Source of the DNA: Antedon mediterranea
Lineage: Eukaryota > Animalia > Echinodermata
Reading direction: 5' to 3'
DNA length: 64,000 nt
NCBI RefSeq assembly: GCF_964355755.1
Contig: NC_092677.1
Coordinates: 14,406,101 to 14,470,100 of the forward strand
In this document: positions 52,346-64,000 of the stretch, piece after piece
Numbering within the stretch: position 1 is the first letter of the stretch
Layout: each line of letters opens with the position of its first letter
Program-made: the position numbers and the translations under genes
The notes under the pieces: generated by a model
What the model was told of the DNA's origin: nothing
Databases searched by the model: none
The model's input: the letters and a program-made list of their open reading frames with translations, nothing else

Positions 52346-53499
52346 TTACACTCTAGGATCATGTTAAATATATATCACACCGCCTACACAAAAAGCCCTT
52401 TCATATTAATTAATGCATTTTCGTGGGCTATAAATTATGTATTAATTTATTCTACAGATACCAAATAATTAATACGAACTTTATATTGACTGACACAGTA
52501 TTAATTTCGAGGTCAAATACATCCGTATTTTATAATAATATTACGAACCTGTTGCACGAATTCATACACACTGTACAATTAATAAAACAAATGCTGTATA
52601 GTAAGCACTATTTATTGGTATGTTTTATGACTATATGCATGTAACTGAAGAATTCTATAAAGTCTATCCTTTGGTATCTTCTACTCTTTAACTGTCAAAA
52701 CAAGGACTAAGTGTCACCGTTGTACTTATCACGGGAAGCGTAATAAACCCCTCATACACGATGGTACGCAAGATTAATTGTCATTATTTGGGACAATTTC
52801 ACCGAATAAAGTTTTTTAAATATGCGTAACTGTTCAGGCTTATATTACACCTTATGTGAGTTTTTATATAGGGTAAAAGTACCCTCATCATTACATAAGC
52901 CTTCGATAATGGTGGTATAACTTTGGTAATCATGGCATCGACAACCGGTCTTTAACAGCCTGCAAGTAATGTCTTTATGATTGCGGGAACAAGAAGCACT
53001 TTCGAAATGTCTCGACGAAGGAAATCAACTTCATTAGCTGCTAAGAAAAAGGAAAATGTAAGCTAGAGTACAGTTTACTTAGTATGATTGTTTTGTAAAC
53101 ATCACGTTTGCTACACCATTCAATTTTCTGTATTTAAATATGTAAATTTGTATTACTGGAATATTTGTACTCAAATATCAGAGAATAGATTTGCATATTA
53201 ATTGGTTTATAGTTTAGCAAAGCAAATTTACCTTTTGTTGTCCTAATCGCTATTTCAGTAATTGTTTAGCATTCGTTACACATTGATATCTGTTATGTAG
53301 ACGGTATGAACGTTCGAGAAAGTAGTTGTTTTTTTTTGACTCGATACGATTGAATTTCAGTTTCAGGACATAGTTATCTTGATTTATGAATCGGTTTTGC
53401 AAATGGCGCTCTATCTTAGGACTTTACTTTTTAAGATTGCTTTGAAAGAAATGTCATAATTTTGTTAACAAATAATCAAAACAATGTCAGATTTACACG

Positions 53500-56400
53500 A
53501 TGTCTAAAAAAGGTACAAGTAACTCTAAGAAGAAAAGTAAAAGGGTAAGACGCTTTAATAATATTATTTGCTTGCTTGCTTACTTTGAGGAGTTACCAAA
53601 GGAGTTCTTGCAATGTTGTATACCGTTGACTGTACAGTAAACACAGCACGGTTCGTATTTTATCTTCTATTTTACCTATATTGCTTATACTGTATTTTAA
53701 TTATTGTTTAAATATAGAATAACACGATTACATGAATTTTATTTTATATTAAATTGATTTTAGGCCTATAAGTATATTTTCGTTCTACTATATAAATTAA
53801 TATACTTTTTAATATAAGTTCGTTTTCATCACTCATTTTATTGCAGGTTAATATGTTTCAGCAATATAATTTTTATCATCCGTGGGAATTTTAACATTGG
53901 CTAGATTTAAAAACAAAGGGGTGTGAACGACATCACATTTCGTGAACTATTTTTAGTTGCCATCAGGCCCCGTGTACTGCAATAATCAAATACATTGTAT
54001 TCTGAACAACAGTGTGATGCTCACCTTTCAACCAATGTTACGTTACAATTAAGCTCTAGACAGTCGTTCGTTCACATCTATGTTTAGTGTGTACATAAGA
54101 ACGCCTGCATATAACAATAACCAAATATACTGTAGTATATAAACAACAGTGACAAAATTTCAACAACAACAATAATTTTACATACAGATTGTTTGAAGTT
54201 ACGAGTGTCAGACAACATTCTCAGATTTATTATTTTAATAATTTAACTCAACGTCTCATCAGACGATAAATATTAAAAGTTGTGTCACCTGAGTAAGTAA
54301 GCGAGGGGGCAAGCAATAAGTAAGTGAACGAGTAAGTAAACAAGTAAGCAAGAAACCAAGTATGTAAGCAAGTAATTAAGTAAGTAAGTAAGCAAGGAAG
54401 TAAGCAAGTAATTAAGCAAGAAAGCAAGTAAGTAAGCAAATAATTAAGCAAGAAGACAAGTAAGTAAGCAAGCAAGAAAGTAAATAAGCAAGTAAGTAAG
54501 CATGAAGTCAAGTAAGTAAGTAAGCAAGTAAGTAGGCCTAAGCAAGTAATTAAACAAGAAGGCAAGTAAGCAATCAAGAAGCAAGTAAGTAAGCAAGTAA
54601 GCAAGCAAGTAAGTAAGCAAGTAAGTAGGCCTAAGCAAGTAATTAAACAAGAAGGCAAGTAAGCATGTAAGTAAGCAAGTAAGCAAACAAGTAAGCAAGA
54701 AAATAAGTAATAAAATAAATAATAAGTGTAGCATTCCCTTATTGAGGGGAACATTTCCCGTTTACAAGGAAATAACAACTTCAAAATGCAAAGCATTCCC
54801 ATACACTTTATTGGTTTTTACTTCACTTAAAGCTGGGCTTGGGGGAGGAAAACCCACCCTTGTGCCGGGGTACTTATATTATATAAGTGAATATTTTACT
54901 AACAGGTAGGCCTACACAGATGATCTATGGGAGGTTGTTTACTATTATAATGTTTTTCACAGTCTATTGTTTTTATGTATACGGACGCATTGTGTGATAC
55001 GTGACTATACGATTCGTACATTTCATACTACCAGCAGGTTGAATTCATTGAAACGTCCTTTTACTTTATACTACGACGTTAATACATATTTCGTAATGAT
55101 CATAAAGCCTTGAAATATTAGATAGCCGGTGGATATATTATCTGAAAACTTAAAGGAGGCCTACAAACTTATAACCAAACGTAAGAGTGGTTTTATAAAT
55201 CTAATTTCGGTTGCTGTAAAGGTAAAATATATCGTCTAATATTTTTTTCTAATTTTATAGTATATATGTATACTGTTTTTGTATTTATTGTTTGATGTCT
55301 GATTTTGTTGTGATATGATGTGTGTTTTTTTATTATGTTTTTAGCAAGACAGTTCAATAGGGTTGACAATGATGTACATATTTTTCTGTTTTCTTTCTTT
55401 CCTATTTAAACTATATACTTTTGTATAGAAAAGTATTTAAAAATATATAATAATGGAATTTTTCATTAACAATGTGCAAAATGTATACATTTCATTCTAA
55501 AATGTTACGTCACATATATATTTATTTCTATAGGCCTACTGATATTTTTAATTGATATTATATATTTCCGTTCGCAGAATATTGTCATCCATTTACAAAT
55601 TAATTAATTCAGCATTATATATGAAATGGTTTAAATTCCCTCTCTTTTACAATATATGCAGAGTATAATAGGACGTGCGTACTATACGTTGGTGATGATA
55701 CTATTGGTCATCATAGTGTTTTATCACGTTTTTTGTTTTTCAATGTTATTAGCAGAGTCAACATACGTCCATTATAATTCATTTCGAATGCACTAACTAA
55801 TAAAAACCACAAGACCCAGTAAATATATAATTTAATCAAAGGAAAGAAGATGGAATATATTTCATTTGTCTCTCTGTGTGTGACAAACAAATGTTCCACA
55901 ACCTTGAATTAAAAAATTATTACCGTACCGTACATATTTTTTAAACTCAACATAGTAAACATTAGGATACATCTATAATTGTAATAGTGATCGATTGGTT
56001 ATTTTTTTATCAATTTGTATTACTGTAAATAATGCGACAATTCAGCAATTTGTATTTAAATTTTTCATTGTTGCTTTTACTGAATAAAGATATGGAGAAA
56101 GATATGTATTTAATATCGAATGTAATAATAGTCTCTTAATAAATGACATAAATGTTGCTCTTCTGCGTAACTTAATCCATCGATCTTTCTAATAATACTA
56201 TACTATACCATATAGATTTATAACATCTATTTATATATTATAGAATATAAAATTTTCCACAAAAAAAGACCAAAGCGCTGTACAATAATTTGAGCAGTAT
56301 ACATGGACAAATAAAACATCTAAATTATTCTTAGGGAAAAGAAAATTTAACAAATTAACAATTTCTTAAAATATTGTACACTTAGAGGAGCTATAATACG

Positions 56401-59400
56401 CACATTAATAGGTAGATTATTCCATAACTTAGTAGGTCCAATGGCAGAAAATGTTTTATCACCAAATAGTCTACTAGTTTTAGAAACAACAAGAAGAGTA
56501 ATATATATATATAGTAATATAATAATATAGGGCGTTGTGATTTCACTTAACCAAGGTATAGTTTTTTACAGCTCCTGAAATATAGTTAAAATTTGACGTT
56601 TTCTAAATCTCGATTGATTTCTAAGTGAGTATAATACAGTGAATAAGTCAAGTTAAACCAAGTCTTTGTTAAGGTGGAAGTTTTTACCTGAAAGAAATAC
56701 TAGGAAAAAACAATTTGTATATCGTTCACGTCTAAGCCCGGTGAAAGCCAAACAATGGCGTCAAAAACCCATAGAAACGGGACTAACAAAGGAATGTACA
56801 GTGCTGCACAGGCTGACGGTGACGAAATCAGCAGGATGAACGGGCAAACAGTAAACAAAGAACGTAGTGTAGTGAAGCCAATCTTTTTGAAGGCTGATCA
56901 AATACCAACAGGAAAAAGCTTTTTCAAAGATGAAGACCTATGTATAGCCCTACTAAAAATAATTGCTGCAGAAAGTATAATCGGTGTTCAAAAAATACGG
57001 AACCTATGGCGAATTTATCTAAATAATAGAAATGATAGAGTGAAACTAATTACGAATGGACTAAACATTAGGAATTGTAATATTACAATTCATGATAAAA
57101 ATCCTTATTTGGCATACAACAACATGGAAACAACGAGAATAGTCATAAAGGATATACCATTATCGGTTGCTGACGTAGAGATTGCTAGCAAGTTGAAAGC
57201 GCTAGGATGCAAACCAATAGGAGATGTTACAAGGCTAAAAATAAGGGTTAATGGTCAATTAACCAGCTGGCTAAACGGTGACAGAGCTGTCGTTGTAGAA
57301 AAGCTAAAATCGCAAATACCAAGACAGATAATAATAAATGGTTTTAGAGCACGGGCTTTTCATGACGGTCAGGAAGTGAAATGCAACAAATGTACAAAGA
57401 CTGGGCATTTAGCTTTTCAATGCAAAGCTGATATAATCTGTTTCAAGTGTCATTTACCAGGGCATACTAGGGACAGATGTAATGTTGAAGCGCATAATGT
57501 ATCATCATCTGGTTCACCTGGTGCATACATTAATAAAGTTTGGGAATCGGTTTTTAACTTTGAAAACCCAAAAAATAATAATGCTAACGATAACCACTAC
57601 GGGAAAAGAGCTACGGTACAATCTGATACAGAAACACATGATGAAGTGTTTAGTATTGATGGAAGTAGTGAATCATCAGATGATGAAAATGCGCAGAAAG
57701 AAACAAGTGTGATCACTATAGAACAACACACAAACCAAAATGAGCAGGAAGATGATGACAGAGAGGAGCAGAGGGAAGAGCAGGAAGTGGACGAAAGAGA
57801 GGAGGAGGAAGTTGAAGAAGGAGAGGAACAAGAAGTACCGGGAAGAAAGTACCAGAAAGCTGAAGAAAGAGAGGAGCAGGAAGTTGGGGAAAGAGAGGAG
57901 CATGAACAGAAGAAGGTAACTGACTACTTTGAAAAAAGTATGCAAAAAAGTAAAAGTGTTAGCACAAACAAGAAAGCAGCGAGAGATCTGAAGGAACAGT
58001 CCGGAAATGAAGGCAGGACAGAAGAAAAAACAAAGAGTATTGAAAAAAGAAGTTTAAGAAAGAGAAACAAAAACAAGTAATTTAATCTTAATAATATGTA
58101 TTCTAAATATTGTAATTTCCCTAGGAAGCTCTTTACTCTAATCTTATGAATTTACATTGTATAACACTAAACGTTAGAGGAGCTAGAAATATAAATAAGC
58201 AACATAAGCTATTCCAATGGGTAAAAGATCAAAAAGCGGATATATGTCTGCTTCAGGAAACCCATCTAACAAATGAGATTATTAATAAATCAAACTTTGT
58301 TTGGGAAGGTGAAGCGATCCATAGTATAGGTAATTCACATAGTAGAGGAGTGTCGATACTATTACGAAAAGGTCTTGAATGCAAAATTGTTAAAAAGTTA
58401 ACTGATATTGATGGAAGATATATATTTCTTAATCTAATGATAAATGAAAAGGAATTGGACATTATAAATATTTATGCTCCTAATGAAAGCAAAAATAGAA
58501 GTGCATTCTTTAGGACCATACACAAATGTTACAATGACTTTGATGGAGGGAAGGGTAATTCTATCATTCTAGGTGGAGATCTGAATTGCATCATGAATAG
58601 TGACATTGACCAAAAAGGTAGCGCAAATAGGTCTGATAAATCTGTTTTTACGATTAAAAACCTAATGAAAAATTTAAATTTAAATGATATTTGGAGATCC
58701 AAAAACATGAATAAGCGACAATTTACGTGGCGTAAGAGATTTAACAACATTTTCCGTAGGCTGGATTACTGGTTAATATCAGAAGATCTCTTTTTAAATG
58801 GAGATGTTTTAGCCTGTGACATTCGTCCAGCTATTCTCACAGATCACCAGGCGGTATCAATTAAAATAGATTTGCATGAAAAAAAACGCGGTCCTGGTTT
58901 ATGGATGTTCAACAATAGCTTTCTGAAAGATGAAACATTTACAAAATTAGTAATTAAAATAATTGATGTTTCAATACTAAAAAATAATAGAGAACCTGTA
59001 AGTGCAAGTTTGTTATGGGAGCTTGTAAAAACAAAAATAAAAGAATTTTCAATTGCATACGGAAAACAAAAAAATAAAAACCAGAATAAAAAGAAAGAAA
59101 AATTACAAAAACAAATAAAAAACTTAAATGAAACAATTATGAATACTCAAAATTGTGATATAACCATTGAAAATAAAATTGAAAACAAAAAAATAGAGCT
59201 TGAAAACATTTATAATGTAGAAGCAAAAGGCGCGCAAATTAGGTCCAGAGTAAAATGGATAGAGGAAGGCGAGTGGAATACAAAATACTTTCTTGGGTTA
59301 GAAAGATCCAAAAGTAAAAAGAAACACATAAAAAGTTTAATTACTAAAGATGGGAGCTTAGCAACGAGCCCAATTGATATTTTAAAGGAACAAATACAAC

Positions 59401-62400
59401 ATTTCGAAGGTTTATACGCAAAAAATGTTATAAACCCTGGAAAAATTAATAAATACCTTTGTAATTCTATTATAAACAAGCTTTCAGAAATAGAAAAAGA
59501 AAATTGTGAAGGTTACGTCACTATTGATGAATGTAAAAAGGCCATTTCAATGATGGAAAAAAATAAAACACCTGGATCGGATGGTCTAAGTGTTGAATTT
59601 TATGTGTTCTTTTGGAATAATATTAAACATTTAATTTGCGATGCGTTAAATGAAAGTTATAATTCTCAAGAATTATCCTTTTCGCAAAAACGAGGTGTAA
59701 TCACCCTTTTGTTCAAGGATGGAGAAAGAGAAAATTTGAATAATTGGCGTCCCATTACCCTATTAAACACCGATTACAAAATTCTTGCACATGTATTAAG
59801 TAACAGACTTAAAATGGTTATTAAATCAATAGTAAGTTCAGACCAAAAAGGTTATATAAAAGGCCGTTTCGCTGGTGAAAACATTCGGTTAATAGAAGAC
59901 CTGCTTTATTATACAGAGTGTAATGATATCGAAGGGGCAATAATTACCGTAGATTTTAAGAAGGCTTTTGACTCTATTAGTAGAGATTTTATGTTCAATG
60001 TTCTAGAAAAGTTTAACTTTGGAATGTTCTTTTGTAACTGGGTAAAAGTATTATACAATAACGTTGAATGTGTCACAGTTAACAATGGTTGGGTTTCAAA
60101 CAATTTAAAAATGGAAAGAGGTATTAGACAAGGTTGTCCTCTATCTGCTCTGTTATTTATTTTAGTGGTTGAAGTAATGGCATCTAGAATAAGAAACAAA
60201 GATGACTATAAGGGTATTAAACTTCCAAATAATGAAAATAACATAGAAGCTAGAATAAGCCAATTAGCCGATGATACTGTTTTGTATGTTGGTAATGACA
60301 AAAGTATTAAACCAGCAGTCAGTGTAATTGAACGTTTTTGTGAAGTATCTGGAATGACACTAAATAAAAAAAAAACCAATGCTTTTTGGATTGGTAAATG
60401 GAAGAACAGAATAGATAGACCTTTAGAATTAAATTGGGTAAAACACCCGATCAAAATTTTAGGCATATATGTAGGGTATAATACAGAAGAATGTACCAGA
60501 AAAAACTGGGATGTTAAATTAATAGAGCTAGAAAAGACTTTAAAACAATGGAATGCTAGAAATCTCTCAATTTTTGGTAGAATAATAATCCTGAAAAGTC
60601 TTGCACTATCTAAATTAACATATGCTGCAAATATCACTGATGTTCCAAAATATGTATATACACAAGTTACAAATCTAATATATAATTTTATTTGGAACAA
60701 TAAAAGGGAAAAGATAAAAAGAAAAACTCTAATTGGTGATGTTGAGATGGGAGGCATTCAAATTCCTGATTTTACTCTTCATGTTAACGCAATCATGTGT
60801 GGCTGGTTAAAAAGAATTATGAATGATGATGGTGCTAAATGGAAAAATATTCCAATGTATTATATTAAAAAAATATGTGATGTTAATGTTTTACTTAATA
60901 TGTCATGTTATAACATTATTGATGTTAATTCTGATAAAATTCCACTGTTTTACAAAAATATGATAAAAGCCTACATAAATTATAACAGAATCTCTAAAAA
61001 AAACCCTGAAACTTATAACGATATAATGAATGAGCAACTGTGGGGAAACCACTACGTTAAACTAAAAAAAAAACGCTTTTCTACAAGCATTGGATTGACA
61101 GTGGCATTATCAGTATTAAAGACATTGTTAATAAGAACACTTTTTTAACATCGAACGAAATACTGGTGAAACTACAATGTAAAACAAACTGGTTAAATGA
61201 GTATTTGTGCATTATTAAGGCAATACCAATTCAATGGAAACGTATTATTAAGGAGGTAGATATTTTCAATTGTGATGATAATGATGAAGTAGTTGGGACT
61301 AAGTATGAGATTAATACTACCAAACTAATATACTCATGGTTTGTGAAAGAATATTTCATTATTCCAATGTCACAACTAAAATGGGAAGAGTACTTCAATG
61401 ATAACAACATTGATTGGAAAACTTCTTGGTTACGGAAAGTATGTAAAATGAAAGATAAGAAACTAGCACAATTCAATTATAAGATGTTACATAGAATACT
61501 GCCTACCAACAAACGGCTGTATCAGTGGAAAGTTAAGGAAACACAAACGTGTGACAAATGTGGAGAAATTGAAAATGAAAATCATTTGTTTTTTAGTTGT
61601 AGATTTATTCAGAAATATTGGAGGAAAATGCTTAGTATCTTTGTGAGTTTAAATCACAATAATATATCATTTAAACAATTAATACTAGGAACGGGAGATA
61701 AGCTAATAGATTATATTTACACTTTTGCAGCATTTACTATTTATAGAATAAAAATGTTATCTGCACTAAATAAGCCAGTGGGTAAATCTTTATGGAATTC
61801 ATTTAAAAGCAATATGTTATATAACATTGAATGTGAAACATATAACAATAAAGAAACAAGTATAGAAAAATGGGTAGCTTTAAGAAATAAGATTATGATA
61901 ATATAAATTCTAACTTGATACGATTAACCGAAAAGGAATTACAGTAATACGGGTTACTGGTGGTACTGAGCTATTATTGTTTTTTTTTTTTATCATGTAT
62001 ATAAATATATTGTATAATCCGGGTTGTAAAATGAAAACAAACAAATGAAAATGTGTGAACTATTTTAAAACGGGATAGATGATAATGATGATCCTGTCAA
62101 GTGTATAACAAAATATAAGAAAATTAATGAAAAAAGGAGTAATACAGAATTCATATATGTAAAAATGTTACTTATGAACTGTAACGACATTTACAAGTTA
62201 AATAATACGATTTTATGTAATATGAGATAATATGAATGTGAATAAAAGTGGTGTTTGCGCCACAAAAGAGAAGAAAAAAAAAAGAAGAGTAATATCTTGT
62301 GTGGATCTGAGTCCCTGGCGAACAGGGTTATACTTCTGAATTAGTTCCTGTAAATAGACGGGTGCTTAACCATTGATGCAGTTTGTATATGATAATAATA

Positions 62401-63184
62401 TATTGTTTATTACTTTCCCCCTCGATTTTTAGGAGTCACGCTATACTTCTATGATGGAAGAGGAGGTAGATCAAGATACCCTTCGTCAACTGTACTTAAA
62501 GGGAGCCGAAAGTGGTGATCTGGATGCTGTGGAATTCGCTCTTTCTCATTGTGACTTTGATAAAAACTGTACAAACCCAGATGGTAAAAATGCACTAGCA
62601 GTGGCAATTAAATCAAACAACATAGGTAAATAGGTGATATATTTTGAAATGTTTCAAACCTTTCTCTAAGTTCTTGCATAAATTGTTATATTGTGTAGAT
62701 CAATTAATGATAATTTAATGCAAATAAACGACAAATTAAGGTATATTCCGCTTTTAATAATTTCACGGTACTGCCATTTTCTATATTATGAATTAAAATT
62801 CTCTATTCCAAGATGAGCGTCCACCACCCAAATGAAGGGTCATTTGCCTCGACAGCCCCGTTCAACTTTTTTGTTTGTGATTGTCGAAAGATTGAAAATA
62901 AAAATAAATAAATAAAATAAGTATCCGAGTAATTACCGATACAATTTTTAAAATTTGTTTAAACTAAACATTCCTCTGAAAGCTCATCTCTTAAATTATA
63001 AAGGTGGTAAAAATGTTTATTTTGTCAACAATGGTTTCTAAAATCAATCCCCTAATTCTTTTCAGAAATAGTAAAAGTTCTTTTACAAAACGATGTGAAC
63101 GTTGGGGACGCACTCTTGCGAGCGGTGGATATGCAGAACGTTAAAGTAGTTGACATTTTACTCGAATATGCTCGATCACCACAG
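53500..63184 (+). CDS. Second TRPC-like channel, 5' part only (continues beyond the window)
   Basis: Exons 53500-53544 (MSKKGTSNSKKKSKR, less certain), 62433-62625 (YLKGAESGDLDAV...NPDGKNALAVAIKSNN), 63066-63184 (IVKVLLQNDVNVGDALLRAVDMQNVKVVDILL). Phases are compatible, and the 119-bp exon equals exon 3 of the minus-strand paralog. Confidence 0.85.
54290..54725. repeat. (AAGT/AAGC)n tetranucleotide microsatellite
   Basis: aagtaagcaagtaagt arrays; source of ORFs 54248..54802 and 54444..54734. Confidence 0.92.
56755..58080 (+). CDS. LINE ORF1p, gag-like with two CCHC zinc knuckles and an acidic tail
   Basis: CNKCTKTGHLAFQC and CFKCHLPGHTRDRC; Glu-rich C-terminus. Confidence 0.9.
   Translation: MASKTHRNGTNKGMYSAAQADGDEISRMNGQTVNKERSVVKPIFLKADQIPTGKSFFKDEDLCIALLKIIAAESIIGVQKIRNLWRIYLNNRNDRVKLITNGLNIRNCNITIHDKNPYLAYNNMETTRIVIKDIPLSVADVEIASKLKALGCKPIGDVTRLKIRVNGQLTSWLNGDRAVVVEKLKSQIPRQIIINGFRARAFHDGQEVKCNKCTKTGHLAFQCKADIICFKCHLPGHTRDRCNVEAHNVSSSGSPGAYINKVWESVFNFENPKNNNANDNHYGKRATVQSDTETHDEVFSIDGSSESSDDENAQKETSVITIEQHTNQNEQEDDDREEQREEQEVDEREEEEVEEGEEQEVPGRKYQKAEEREEQEVGEREEHEQKKVTDYFEKSMQKSKSVSTNKKAARDLKEQSGNEGRTEEKTKSIEKRSLRKRNKNK
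58146..61906 (+). CDS. LINE ORF2p (APE endonuclease + reverse transcriptase + zinc finger), one frameshift at A10 61064-61073
   Basis: TLNVRG, LQETH, GGDLN, RLDYW, TDH (APE); KTPGSDGL, NWRPITLLNTDYKI, DFKKAFD, RGIRQGCPLS, QLADD (RT); CDKCGEIENENHLFFSC in the shifted frame. One extra A fuses 58146..61148 with 61166..61906 into 1253 aa. Confidence 0.92.
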
Positions 63185-64000
63185 GTAAATATTTTTCGTA
63201 AAATGGAAAGAATAAAATAATATAATTATTTGAATAATAATATGCATAATATCTGTCAAATTAAAATATGTGTTTTTAAGGTAGAGTAAATCATTTATAC
63301 TGTTGCTTAATGTATGTTTAATTATATACTGTACGCTTAATCCCAAAAATATCCATATCTCTTTTTCTTCCAATGTATTGCCCTTTAAAATATAACGGTA
63401 AGTGTCTTCCCGTTTAAATAACACCACAATTTAAATTATCATCATTTATCATCATCATCATCATCATTGTTGTTTGTGTTATATTGTTCAACTTTGTGAA
63501 AATATGCCGTGTCATTAAATTTGTTTGGGTTTCATCTGCAATTTGAAAAACATACGGGTATCAATTTTTATGTTTTTTAAGTCTAACTAATAATGGTAAA
63601 CATAATAAGCATAAATATTTTGTTATGTCAATAATATTCATATTTTGAATAGCTAGCCACGGAAAATGGGTAGGCCTACATTTGTTCGTATAACACCTGG
63701 CTCAAGGTAATAAGACAATATTTCATGACTGTATTGCCTTAATGAATATACTAGTTACGCCAATCTTGGTAGGCCTAACTTTGTTAACACGGTAATACAC
63801 GTTCGTAGTTTTTGTGCACAGTTTTCCTTGTATAATAACATCGGAAGGATTATTTAAAATATTTCATATTTTATCATTATGAAAATACTGATTACGATTA
63901 ATAGCTCTTCGAATACTAACACCTGGTGCTCATTGAATATTGAATTATATTATATTACATGGTTACATAAATAATTTGGTATGTTGCTTCAAGTCATTCT

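Larger units (their letters stand above)
56505..62281 (+). mobile_element. Full-length non-LTR retrotransposon, Tx1/L1 group, in intron 1 of the second TRPC gene
   Basis: 14-bp TSD aagaagagtaatat (56491-504, 62282-95); ORF1 + ORF2; AATAAA at 62241 followed by an A-rich tail. Confidence 0.93.

Noticed and set aside
54248-54802. Hydrophobic LLTC/LLTY-repeat ORFs
   Set aside because: Tetranucleotide microsatellite artefact.
60255-60280. RT motif LADD instead of YADD as a sign of inactivity
   Set aside because: Both catalytic Asp residues are present, and hydrophobic variation at this position occurs in L1/Tx1-type RTs.
57676-61476. Minus-strand ORFs across the LINE
   Set aside because: Antisense shadows of ORF1/ORF2.

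Overview
AT-rich, intron-rich animal genomic DNA. An echinoderm-like invertebrate deuterostome is inferred from the ST8Sia-like paralogs, Deu/Nin-type SINEs and TAGGCCTA-rich composition. Hand splicing supports: (1) two tandem minus-strand GT29 alpha-2,8-sialyltransferase-like genes (3738-11176, about 471 aa; 21938-24305, 369 aa); (2) an uncharacterised 456-aa ORF (37292-38662, minus); (3) a complete 16-exon TRPC-like channel gene (41771-51523, minus, about 1142 aa) with an unusual ~259-aa, 17-Cys extracellular S3-S4 insertion containing a duplicated module; (4) the 5' part of a second, divergently transcribed TRPC paralog (53500 onward, plus), whose first intron holds a full-length Tx1/L1-type LINE with a 14-bp TSD. 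Mobile DNA includes a 3.8-kb palindromic Academ derivative, a five-level nested transposon stack (27400-36490), several MITE families, 18-30-bp hairpin micro-insertions, SINEs and satellites. No database searches were run; family names rest on motifs and termini read from the sequence.
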